Shown here piece after piece: positions 10,179-20,092 of a stretch of 64,000 nucleotides of DNA. Made by a program: the position numbers and the translations under genes. Under the pieces are notes generated by a model, which searched no databases, was not told the DNA's origin, and was given only the letters and a program-made list of their open reading frames with translations. This stretch comes from an uncultured Gemmatimonadaceae bacterium (GTDB taxonomy: Bacteria > Gemmatimonadota > Gemmatimonadetes > Gemmatimonadales > Gemmatimonadaceae), in the NCBI GenBank assembly GCA_963822945.1, contig CAWGJO010000027.1:32001-96000 (forward strand), in the 5' to 3' direction. Position 1 is the stretch's first letter. Each line of letters opens with the position of its first letter.

Positions 10179-10826
10179 TCAATCCGACTCCAACACCTCG
10201 ACCGTCCGCTCCTCGACGTGGCGCCGCCGCGCCACCAGGTACACGATCACGCCGACCACCACCACGGCTACCATGAACGCGACATGGTACTTCTTGGGGT
10301 GCCAGCCGAGCGCGCGGCCGGTGCGGCCTACGAGCCACCCACCGGTGGTGAACACCAGCGCCCAGAGAATCGAGCTGATGGCGCTCCCGATGAGATAGAG
10401 CGCCAGCGGCAGCCGCGCGGCGCCGCAGGCGACGGGAAGGGTGAAGCGGAGACCGTACGCCCAGCGGACGGCCAGCGAGGATCGCCACGGATGGCGCCGG
10501 ACCACGCGCAGCGACCGGAGAATCACCCCGCGCAACACGGGCCAGCGCTCGCGGACCCATCGCCCGCGCCACCGCCCCAGGTAGTACAGCACGAGATCGG
10601 CGCTCCAGACCCCTGCGGCCACCCACAGGACGACGAGCGTGAACTGCAGGTCGTGGTTGTGCGCCGCCAGCCCGCCGACCATCGGCGAGGTCTCCTCGGT
10701 GATGATCCCGGTGGCGGCCAGGGTGACGTACGCCCACAGCCGCTCCAGGTGAGTGGAGGACTCGCTCAGGTGGGATAGCGTCTGCAGCAGCAGAGGGTGG
10801 ATCGTCGGATCTCCGGCTCGGGGCAC
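10179..10826 (-). CDS. DedA/VTT family membrane protein
   Basis: ADLVLYYLGRWRG; RWAYGLRFTLPVACG; SAISSILW. Confidence 0.85.
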   Translation of the reverse strand: MPRAGDPTIHPLLLQTLSHLSESSTHLERLWAYVTLAATGIITEETSPMVGGLAAHNHDLQFTLVVLWVAAGVWSADLVLYYLGRWRGRWVRERWPVLRGVILRSLRVVRRHPWRSSLAVRWAYGLRFTLPVACGAARLPLALYLIGSAISSILWALVFTTGGWLVGRTGRALGWHPKKYHVAFMVAVVVVGVIVYLVARRRHVEERTVEVLESD

Positions 10827-10910
10827 AGGGCCGGCGGGCCACCCGCCGGACCCGCAATTTAGCCTCCCGAACGCCGGGGTGGCGTCGGGAGAACCCGGCC
10901 CCGCGTCTCG

Positions 10911-13900
10911 TCAGTCGTCGCCCATGGCCGGCTGGCCCGCCACGCCCGGCGGAAGCTGGTGTTCGGCCGTGTGCGGCGGGTTCAACCCGAACTTCCGGGC
11001 CATGCCCGATCGCCATCCGTCCATGATCTCATAGAACGTCGGGATGACCAGCAGGGTGAGCAGGGTGGACGTGATCACTCCTCCGATCACCGCCACGCCC
11101 AGGGGGGCGCGGAATTGCGCCCCTTCCCCGCGGCCGAGCGCCACCGGGATCATGCCCGCGATGAGCGCGAACGTGGTCATCAGGATCGGCCGCAACCGGA
11201 TGGCGCCGGCCTCGATGAGCGCCTCGCGCAGCGGCGTGCCCTGTTCCTCACGCGACCACTTGGCGAAGTCGATGAGCAGGATGGCGTTCTTGGCCACGAT
11301 CCCCATGAGCAGGATCACGCCGATGAGCGACATGATGTTCACGGTGTTGTGCGTGAGGGCCAGCGCCAGCATCACGCCGATGAGCGACAGCGGCAGCGAG
11401 ATCATGATCGCCAGGGGATCCAGGAACGACCCGAACTGGACGACCAGGATCAGGTACATGAGCCCCACGGCGATGCCGAGCGCCGTGAAGATCTGTCCGT
11501 AGACCTCGGTCTGGTTCTGCGTGTCGCCGCCGTACGTCAACTCGACGCCCGGTGGAAGCTTGAACTTGGCCAGCCGCGCCTGGATGTCGGCCGAGACGTC
11601 GCCCGACGCGCGCCCCGAGGTATTCAGCTCCACGTTCACCACGCGCTGCCGGTCCAGGTGGTCGATGATCGCCGGCCCCACGCTGTCGCGGATCGTAGCC
11701 ACCTGTCCCAGCGGCAGCGTGGTGGGCAGCCCGTTGGCGCCCACTACCACCAGCGGCAGGTTGCGCAGGTCGGCCGCGCGCCGGCGGGCGTCGGGGGCGA
11801 GCCGGACCTCGACGTCGCGCGGCTCGCCGCTCGGGTCGATCCAGTCTCCGGCCTTGAGGCCCGCGAACGCGGGGCGCAGCGACTGCGCGATCTGTCCCAC
11901 GGTGATGCCGAGCGAGCCGGCGATGCCGCGGTTGAGTTCGATGTTGAGTTCCGGCTTCTCACCCTTGGTCGACAGCCCGACGTCCACGGCGCCCGGCACC
12001 TGCTTCACGATCCGCTCTACGGTATCCGCGGTCGCGTTGATCGTCGCCAGGTTGTCGCCGCGAATCTGCAGTTGCAGCAGCTTGCGGCCGCCGCTGAAGT
12101 CGTCGGTGAACACCGACAGGGTGACGCCCGCCACGTGCTTGGTCTCGTCGCGCAGCATCGCGGCGTACTGGGTGACGCTCACCGATCGATCCTCGCGCGG
12201 CACCATCTTCACGTAGATGTCGCCCTGGTCTACCTCGCCGGTGGTCTGCGTGCCGAGCGTGGAGTACGTGTGCCGCACGAGGGCGGTGTCGTCGCGGATG
12301 TAGCGGGCCACTTCCTCCGCCTTCAACCGCGTGTACTCCAGGTTCGAGCCCGGCGGCGTCTCGATATGCACCGTCAACTCGGCGCGATCGTCCTCGGGCA
12401 TGAACCCCAGCCCGACCGCCCCCATGGGAGGCACGAGGCGCGGCAGGAAGATGAACCCGGCGAGTCCGGCCAGTCCGATCACCGCGCGGGCCGCACCCGG
12501 CAGCCGCTTGCTGCCCAGCGCGTAGACCACGAGCGCCAGCCCCACCATCGCCGCGCCGAGTCCGCTCAACCCGCGGCTCGGCAGCAGGAACGCGGCGAAG
12601 AAGGTCCCGACGGCAATGGCCACCATGGCCGTGCGGTGGTCGAGCGCCCAGGCGACCACCTGCTTGTAGTTCTGCGCCTGCTCGTTGAACCAGTGGTTGA
12701 ACTTGAGCAGCTGCCGCGAGATCCAGGCGCGCTCGTGCGGCTCGCTTGTGCGGGTCGGCCCAGTACGCCGAAAGCATGGGGTCGAGCGAGAACGAGACGA
12801 ACAGCGAAACGGCGACCGCGCACGCGATGGTGAGCGCGAACGGTTTGAACCACTGCCCGCCGATGCCCGGCATGAACCCGATGGGCACGAACACGGCGAG
12901 GATCGAGAAGGTCGTGGCCGCCACGGCCAGCCCGATCTCGTCGGTGCCGTCGTGCGACGCGGTGTAGTGATCCTTCCCCATCTCCACGTGGCGCACGATG
13001 TTCTCGCGCACCACGATCGCGTCGTCGATCAGGATGCCGATGGCCAGCGACAATCCGAGCAGCGACATCGTCTCGAGCTTGAAGCCCATGGCCCACACGG
13101 CAATGAACGACGCCACCACCGACACCGGCAGCGCGAGCCCCGTGATGACCGTGGACCGCCACGAATTCAGGAACAGGAACACCACGAGCACGGTGAGCAG
13201 CGCGCCCTCGAGCAGCGCCTCCTCCACGTTCTTCACCGCCGCCGTGACGCGGACGCCCGAATCCTTGACGACCTCCATTCGCGTGCCGGAGGGCAGCGTC
13301 TTCTCGATTCGGGCCACCTGCTCTCGGATCTTGTCGCTCACGTCGGTGGTGCTGTACCCCTGGGCCTTCTTGATGTCGATGCCCACCGCCTGGCGCCCGT
13401 CGTAGAGCGCCATCGTGCGCGCCTCGGCGGTGCCGTCCTTGATGTCGGCCACGTCGCCAAGCCGAATCACCCGGCCGCCGCGCTCGGCGACGATGAGCTG
13501 CTTGAACTCATCCGGCGTCTGCAGGCGTCCCTTGAGCCGGATCGATCGCTCGTCGAGCGAGCCGATGACGCGCCCCACGGGCGCCGCCAGATTCTGCGCC
13601 TGCAGCGCCGCCACCACCTGCGCCACGCTCACCCCCGCGGCCTGCATGGCCGTGGGTTGCACCTCGACCGTCAGTTCCCGATCGACGTTGCCGAACACCT
13701 CCACGTCCGCCACGCCGGGGATGGCGCGGAGCTGCCGCGTGATGTCGGGGTCGGCCAGCCGCGTCAGTTCGGCGGGCGAAAGTACGGTGGACGAGAGGGC
13801 CAGCGACACGATGGGCCGGTCGGTGTCGTTGAACTTCTTGATCACCGGTTCCTTCATCTCGTCGGGCAGATCGGAGCGGATGGACGAGATCGCGTCGCGC

Positions 13901-14223
13901 GCCTCCTGCGTGGCGACGTTCAGGTCCTTGCCGAAGTAGAACTCGATCAGCACGCTCGCGTAGCCGTCGTACGCCTGCCCGGTGACCGTCTTCACCCCGT
14001 TGATGGCCGAGATCTGGTCCTCGACGGGCTTGAGGACCTGCTTCTCGACCACGTCGGGCGAGGCGCCCGGGTACGGAATGCCCACCGAGACGTAGGGCGG
14101 CGCGACGTCGGGAAACTCGTCGGTCTTGAGCTTGAACAGCGACACCAGCCCGAACACCGCCAGCGCCACCATGGTGACGACGGTGATCAGCGGCCGCTTG
14201 ATGGCAAAATCGGAAATGACCAT
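10911..14223 (-). CDS. RND efflux permease (AcrB family), frameshift near 12741
   Basis: ISDFAIKRP start; GILIDDAIVVRENI; GIVAKNAILL; RLRPILMTT. Two ORFs (14223..~12742 and ~12740..10911) join by removing one base. Confidence 0.92.
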
Positions 14224-14233
14224 GAGTCGCTCG

Positions 14234-15355
14234 CTACTCCTTGACGTCGGTGGGCGCGCTCACGTTCACCGGCGTGCCCGGCGAGATGCCGCGCGCGGCC
14301 CCCACGAGAATCGTGTCCCCGGCCGCGAGGCCGCTTCGGATCTCCACGGTCTCGGCCACGTTGTCCCGAATGCCGAGTTCCACGGCCACCGGCGTGGCCT
14401 TGCCCTGCCGCAACGCCGTCACCGTGGGGCGGATGCCCTTCTGGTCCACCGCCGACAGCGGAATCACGGTGGACTTCCGGCTCTGCGTGGACACGCGCCC
14501 CTCGGCGAACAACCCGCCCACCAGCGAATGGCCGTCATTCGGAATGCGGGCCACGAGTGACACCTGGCGCGTGGCCGGGTCGGCGGTGGGATTCACCCGC
14601 GTGATGCGGCCGGAGAAGCTGCGGCCCGGATAGCCGGTCACCTCGAAGCGCACCGGCAAGCCGACCTTCACCTCACCCATCTCGTTGGCCGGCACCGATG
14701 CCTCCAGGCGCATCGTGGCCGGGTTGACCAGCGAGAACATCGCGCCTCCGGGCGACATGTAGTCGCCGCCGCTCACGTTGCGCGCGCTCACCACGCCGTC
14801 GAAGGGCGCGGTCACCCGCGTCTTGTCGAGCGTCTTCTGCGCGTTCACGTACACGGCCTTCGCGTTGTCGAGCTGCGTCTGCGCCGCCATTGCCGCATTG
14901 CGCGCATTCTCCAGATCGCGGTCGGCGATGGCGCCGACCTTGATGAGCGCTTCGCTCCGCTGGAGGTTGCGCTGCGCGATCTCGTTGGCGTTCTGCGCCG
15001 TGGCCACAGCCGACTTGGCCGAGAGCGCCTGATCGCGGAATGCCGTGTCGTCGAGCCGGGCCAGCAGCTGGCCCTGGTGCACGCGCTGTCCCGCTTCGGC
15101 GTACGTCTCGAGCACGGCGCCCGCCACCTCGGCGCGCACCACCGCCTGCTGGTCGGGCTCGAGCGACCCCGAGATCACCGGGCCGGTCTCGATGGTGTGC
15201 AGCGCGACGACGACGATGTTCTCGGGTCCGATCGTCACGCCGGTGTCTGCCGGCTCGGCGTCCGCTGCCTTCCGACTGCATCCCGCCGCGCCGAGGACGA
15301 TGGCCGAGGCGAGCGCCAGGACGGCGGCTCGCGTGGTCTGGACCTTCACGTTCAT
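14234..15355 (-). CDS. RND periplasmic adaptor (MFP), lipoprotein
   Basis: LGAAGC lipobox; VRAEVAGAV..GQRVHQGQLLARLD; VTAPFDGVV. Confidence 0.9.
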   Translation of the reverse strand: MNVKVQTTRAAVLALASAIVLGAAGCSRKAADAEPADTGVTIGPENIVVVALHTIETGPVISGSLEPDQQAVVRAEVAGAVLETYAEAGQRVHQGQLLARLDDTAFRDQALSAKSAVATAQNANEIAQRNLQRSEALIKVGAIADRDLENARNAAMAAQTQLDNAKAVYVNAQKTLDKTRVTAPFDGVVSARNVSGGDYMSPGGAMFSLVNPATMRLEASVPANEMGEVKVGLPVRFEVTGYPGRSFSGRITRVNPTADPATRQVSLVARIPNDGHSLVGGLFAEGRVSTQSRKSTVIPLSAVDQKGIRPTVTALRQGKATPVAVELGIRDNVAETVEIRSGLAAGDTILVGAARGISPGTPVNVSAPTDVKE

Positions 15356-16993
15356 GGAGTGTTGCCCCCGGATTGCCCCGCCGTGCCGGCGGTGGACGGT
15401 ATGGTGCCCTGCGTCGCTGCCGCGCCCTGGCCCGGCGCGGTCGTCGTCATCGTCTGTGTGTTCTGTTGTGCGCCCGCGCCGCTCGCCGCCGACGCCCCCT
15501 GCTGCAGCGGCAGGTCGCGCAGCAGCGCCAGCCGCACGCGCGCCACGGCCATGTCCCGCGCCGCCTGCGCGCGATTGGCCGATGCCTGCTGCAGGAGCAG
15601 CCGCGACTGCGCCAGATCCGTCTGCGTGGACAGGCCCTCGCGGTACCGCACCTCGTCGATGGAGTACGCCTTCTGCGCCTGCTCCGACGTGCCGGCGCTC
15701 GCCTGCCACGCCGCCTCGGCCTGTTGCAGCTGGCGGAGCGCCACCCGCGCGTCGAGCGACGCGTAGCGCCGCGTCTGATCGAGCTGCGCGCGCGCCTGCT
15801 CCACGTTCGCCTGCGCGATCATCTCGTCGCCCCGCGTGCGCCCACCGCTGAACAGCGAGACCTGCGCGCTCACGCCCTACCGTCCAGTTCTCGCGGTAGT
15901 CGCTCCACGTGGGGAACGCGTTCTGCGGGAAATACAGCCGCTGGTAGCCCGAGGTGAGCGCGATGGCCGGATACCGCTCGGCCCGCGCCACCCGGAGCAG
16001 CCCCTGCTGGGCGCGCACGTTCTGCTCCGCTTCGCGCACCGCGGCCCGCCGGGCGGCCGCGGTGTCGGGCATGCTCGCGGTCGCGATTCCCGTGAGCGAC
16101 GGCACCGGCGCGTCCTCGATGGGCGTCGTCAATTCGATCGAATCGTCGAGCGGCAGCGCCAGCATCCGCTTGAGATTCAGCAGCGCCACGTCACGGTTCG
16201 TCTCTGCCTGCAGCAGCTGCGGCCGCTGGTTGTCGCGCGTCACCTGCGCCTTGAGCAGATCGAACTCGGAGGCGTTGCCCACCTGCCGCGCCACCTGCGT
16301 CTGGCGCAGCAGTTCGTTGGTCTGTGCCAGCGACGAGTCGGCGATCGCCACCAACTGCTGCGCGAGCACGGCGTCGTAGTAGGCCTGCGTCACATCGAGC
16401 GCGAGCTGGGCGCGCTGCGCGGTGAGCTCGATCTCGGCCACCCGCTGCCCCGCCTCGGCCGCCGTGCGCTGCCCCGTGAGCTTGCCCCACGTGAACAGAT
16501 TCTGCGACACCGAGAGCCCCAGCACGTACTGGTTCAGGGCGCCGAAGCCCACCTTCTGGAAGCTCGAGAGTCCGCTGCTCGACGACTGGCAGGTGACGGC
16601 CTGGGCCAGCGCCGCGTTGCGTTCGGCCGCGGTGGCGTTGGCGCCGATCTGCGGGGCGCAGAGCGCCGCGTTGGTGTTGGTCGTGGTATCCGCCCCACCG
16701 CCGATGTTGAACCCCGAGAACTGCGACCGCAGGGTGCGCGTGTACCCGGCGGTCGCATTGAGCTGCGGCAGGAACTGGCTGCGCGCCTGGTAGAACTGCC
16801 CCGTGGCGCGCGTGACGCCGGCGCGGGCAACGCCGATCACGCCGCTCTGCTGTTCGGCGGTGTGAATCGCGTCCTCGAGCGACAGCTTCCGCGGGCCGGG
16901 TGCCGTTCCCTGCGCGGCGAGCGGGGAGGCGCTCAGGGCCAGGGCGCCGAGCAGCGCGAACAGGCGCGCGCGTCTGGCGATCGGTTGTGGCAT
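15352..16993 (-). CDS. TolC family outer-membrane factor, frameshift near 15875
   Basis: Signal peptide; LSLEDAI; ARSQFLPQL; RYREGLSTQTDL. Frame changes at NWTVG/VSAQ. Confidence 0.88.
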
Positions 16994-17028
16994 GAGATCG
17001 GGAGTTGAAGGGTGGTGAAACACGCGCA

Positions 17029-17636
17029 TCAGGCCGCGGTGGCGTTCGACGTCCGGCTCGCGCGCCGTGGAACACCGACGGCACGCAGAAAGCAGCTGCG
17101 CGTAGCGCGCCGGGGCTTCCTCCGCGGGTTCCGGGAACGCGCCCGGCATCATCTCGCGACACATCGCGTCGCCGAACAGCGACGACATGAACATCGAGAT
17201 GGCCGTGTCCGTCTCGCCTTCCGGTTGCGCGAGGCTGGTGCGCCTTGAGGGCCTCGACGTAGCGGGCGAGCGCATCGCCCGCGCAGTGCGGCCCCCGGCA
17301 CGCCGCCTCGGCGGCGAGCGGACGCTCCTCCATTTCGCTCATCGATTTACGGAGGAAGGAGCGGTGTTGTGTCAGGTAGTCGAGCACCGACCGGCACCAT
17401 TCGGTGAGTTCGCGCGCGGGATCGACCGGGGCCGAGGGCAGTTCGGGCACCACGGCGGCGTCCGCCTGGCCGCGGGTCAGTTCCTCGAACAGCGCGTCCT
17501 TGGACCCGAACGTGCGGAACAGCGTGACTTCGTTGACACCGGCTTCGTTGGCAATGAGCCGGGTGGTGGCGCCGCGGTAGCCATGGAGGGCATACACCCG
17601 TGCGGCGGCCTCGAGAATTCGGTCGCGGATTTCCAT
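17029..17636 (-). CDS. TetR/AcrR regulator, frameshifts near 17240 and 17092
   Basis: RDRILEAAARVYALHGYRGATTRLIANEAGVNEVTLFRTFGSKDAL HTH; C-terminus recoverable in shifted frames (..FGDAMCREMMP..YAQLFLRAVG). Confidence 0.85.
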
Positions 17637-17646
17637 AAGGACCCGG

Positions 17647-17687
17647 AGGCTAGCGAGTCCATATTCCGAATGCAAGTGGGTACTTGC
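17647..17687 (-). promoter_or_regulatory. Sigma70 promoter (TTGCAT-N17-TAGCCT) overlapped by palindromic operator GCAAGT-N4-ACTTGC
   Basis: -35 at 17670-75, -10 at 17647-52, ATG 10 nt downstream; palindrome at 17672-17687. Confidence 0.6.
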
Positions 17688-17702
17688 TTTCGGCCTACCG
17701 GC

Positions 17703-18225
17703 TCATCGCTTCACGATGTCGACCACCGGTCGCGAGGTGGACACCAATCGGAATTCCCGCCACACGGCCCAGATGACCACCAGGTCCGCCACCGTCAGCG
17801 CCGCCATCGCCAGCGAGTGCGCCGAGGGCGAATCGATACGACTGATAGACGACGAACGCGCCCAGCACCACCAGCGCCGTGGGAAACGCCCAGTGCTTCC
17901 GACGGAGCAACCCTGCCACCAGCATCAGTTTCACGAGTCCGTGGGCCACGAGGTAGATGGCGGCGAATGCGGCGATGTCGCTGGTGAGATGCGCGGCCGC
18001 GCGGCGGAGCGCGTTGGCCACGACGTCCGATGGATCCTCCGAGATCTCGTTGGCGGTGAGAAAGCGTACCGCGGCGTTCAACGTGCGGGGATCGACGCTC
18101 AGGAACAGGAGGCCGCCGGCAATCTCGAGCAGGCCGTCGACCCCCTTGAGGATCACACTGACCGTGAAGACGCGATCGATGACGCGGGGCCGCGAGCCGC
18201 CGCTCCGCACGGGTCGATCGCTCAC
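17703..18225 (-). CDS. DUF2127 family membrane protein, frameshift near 17820
   Basis: FTVSVILKGVDGLLEIAGG; YLVAHGLVKLMLVAGLLR; shifted tail HSLAMAALTVADLVVIWAVWREF. Confidence 0.8.
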
Positions 18226-19169
18226 CCGCCGCGTCCCCGTCCGGGTCCGCGCCCGCGGCCCCCGCGTCTTCCACGCCGCGATGGCTGGAGGCCGTCATGT
18301 ACCTCCTGCAGCGTGCCCGCGGCCACGCGGCCGGTGAAGCAGCCGAGCGTGTAGGGATACTCGCGCGTGAGGTGGTAGGCGTAGGCATACGTGCGCCCGT
18401 CCACCGTGACGCGTTCGGCGCGTCCGTGGCAGGCGTCGAGTTCGGCGTTGGTGATCCAGGCACCGGCGGCATCCTTCATCCCGAGAATCGGGAAGCCGTC
18501 CAGCGCCCATCCGACCACGCTGTCGGTGTGGACATGCGGAATGCACGGCGACGCGTTGTGGTAGTGGTACTGCGCGTTGGCCTGCGGATGGCCGTCGCAG
18601 TCGTCCTGCACCTCATGCGCGGCCGCATCGCGCCCCGCATCGTCGAGCGCGTTGTAGAACGCCACGCCGGACACGGTGAACCCGATCATCCCCATGGGGA
18701 GACACTCCGGTTCGGCGGCCACCGTGGGACTCGCGGGGATCTCGAAGTTCAGATGCTGGGGCGCGATATGGTTGGGGTTGGTATCGTAGCGATACGCGCT
18801 GTCGGTGGGTGCGATCGGGAACAGCCCGGTTGGCTCCTCGACGGGAAGCCCGTTGCCCTGGAAGCGCAGGTCCGTGCCCTGCCGAGTCAGCGTGAACGCG
18901 GCGTCCGGCCAGAACACGCGTCCCGAAACGTGGGGCTTCTCCAACGGGTTCCAGGTGTCGCCGTGGAACCAGGCACCCGCATGCCGCGCGCCGCCGGCGC
19001 GAAAGGTGGAGCGGCAGGAATACACATTGCCGACGGCGGGATGGTCTGTCACGTGGCCGTCGCCCAGCGGAAGGCTCTGCGCGTGCGCGGCGGGTGGAAC
19101 GACGGCAATCGTCATCGCGACGAACAGGACTCGGGCCCGGCGTCCCGGCCGGGGGAATGGTTCGTTCAT
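18222..19169 (-). CDS. YHYH domain protein, secreted
   Basis: GMIGFTVSGVAFYN; DDCDGH; QYHYH; GWALDGFPI; LDACHG; YAYHLTREYPY. Confidence 0.88.
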   Translation of the reverse strand: MNEPFPRPGRRARVLFVAMTIAVVPPAAHAQSLPLGDGHVTDHPAVGNVYSCRSTFRAGGARHAGAWFHGDTWNPLEKPHVSGRVFWPDAAFTLTRQGTDLRFQGNGLPVEEPTGLFPIAPTDSAYRYDTNPNHIAPQHLNFEIPASPTVAAEPECLPMGMIGFTVSGVAFYNALDDAGRDAAAHEVQDDCDGHPQANAQYHYHNASPCIPHVHTDSVVGWALDGFPILGMKDAAGAWITNAELDACHGRAERVTVDGRTYAYAYHLTREYPYTLGCFTGRVAAGTLQEVHDGLQPSRRGRRGGRGRGPGRGRGG

Positions 19170-19241
19170 GGCGTCGGAGGATGGAGTGGGAGGGCGCGCG
19201 CAAGCGTGGAGTATCCGGCAGACGCGATCCGAGGCGCCGCG

Positions 19242-19628
19242 TTAATGCGGTCTTCGGGTCGCGTCGAATTCGGCAACCAATCGCTTGGGCGCGACGAGGC
19301 GCCACGCATCTTCGAGGATCTGGGGAAGGTGCCGGCGTTCCACGACCGGGAGCCTGAGGAGCACGTACGGATAGTCACGGTAGTGCTCGGTGAGACACCA
19401 CAACTCCGGATTCGATCGAAGCACGTACTCCCGACTCACCAGATCCATGCGCAGCACGAGTGTCTCGCCGTCCTCCCGCAGGCGGGCAATCAGCTTGCCC
19501 CTGACCTTGAGCGCCGGGGTGCCGTACGAGGTCGCCTCGACCACGCCGGGAAGCAACTCCTGCGCGACGGCGCTCACGGTCTCGAACGTGACGCTGGAAT
19601 CAGCCGGCGGTCGCCGTCGAGCGGGCAT
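19242..19628 (-). CDS. MmcQ/YjbR family protein
   Basis: LPGVVEATSYGTPALKVRGK; TEHYRDYPYVLLRL; AWRLVAPKRL. Confidence 0.85.
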   Translation of the reverse strand: MPARRRPPADSSVTFETVSAVAQELLPGVVEATSYGTPALKVRGKLIARLREDGETLVLRMDLVSREYVLRSNPELWCLTEHYRDYPYVLLRLPVVERRHLPQILEDAWRLVAPKRLVAEFDATRRPH

Positions 19629-20059
19629 CAGAGGAGCTTGGGCACGAACGCCTTCGTCGTGCGCACGTATTCGGCGTAGTCGGGAAAGCGCGCCTTCAGC
19701 AGCGCGTCCTCTTCGTGCACGCGCACGCGGAGCAGAAGGGTCAGTCCGATGCCGATGGCAAGATTCAACGCCGTGGGACGATCGGCGATGGCGGCCCAGA
19801 AGAAGAGAAACGCCGCCGAATACATCGGATGCCGGACGTACCGGTACGGGCCGCGCCGCATGAACGTCTCTCCGCCGGGCACCGGGCCCACGCGGAAGGT
19901 CTTGGCCGGGAAGGACGCCCGGGCCCACAGATTGAACGCCAGCGCCATCACCTGAAGGGCGAAGAACACCGGCGAACGCGCAATGAGCGATCCGGTGACT
20001 GCCATCGCGACGAGGGCTGCCACCAGCCCGATGGGCGCGAGGCGGGAGACGGTTTTCAT
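19628..20059 (-). CDS. Isoprenylcysteine carboxyl methyltransferase family protein
   Basis: GPYRYVRHPMY; EEDALLKARFPDYAEY. Confidence 0.88.
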   Translation of the reverse strand: MKTVSRLAPIGLVAALVAMAVTGSLIARSPVFFALQVMALAFNLWARASFPAKTFRVGPVPGGETFMRRGPYRYVRHPMYSAAFLFFWAAIADRPTALNLAIGIGLTLLLRVRVHEEDALLKARFPDYAEYVRTTKAFVPKLL

Positions 20060-20092
20060 GCGGTTGCGCTCCGATTGGGGGTTGGAACGGGG

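Noticed and set aside
14234..17275. Apparent 1013-aa TetR-tail/TolC/MFP fusion
   Set aside because: Produced by frameshifts; the MFP has its own ATG and lipobox at 15355, and the TolC C-terminus is in another frame.
18380..18620. c-type heme motifs in the YHYH protein (LDACHG, DCDGH)
   Set aside because: Not CxxCH; these are standard YHYH family motifs.
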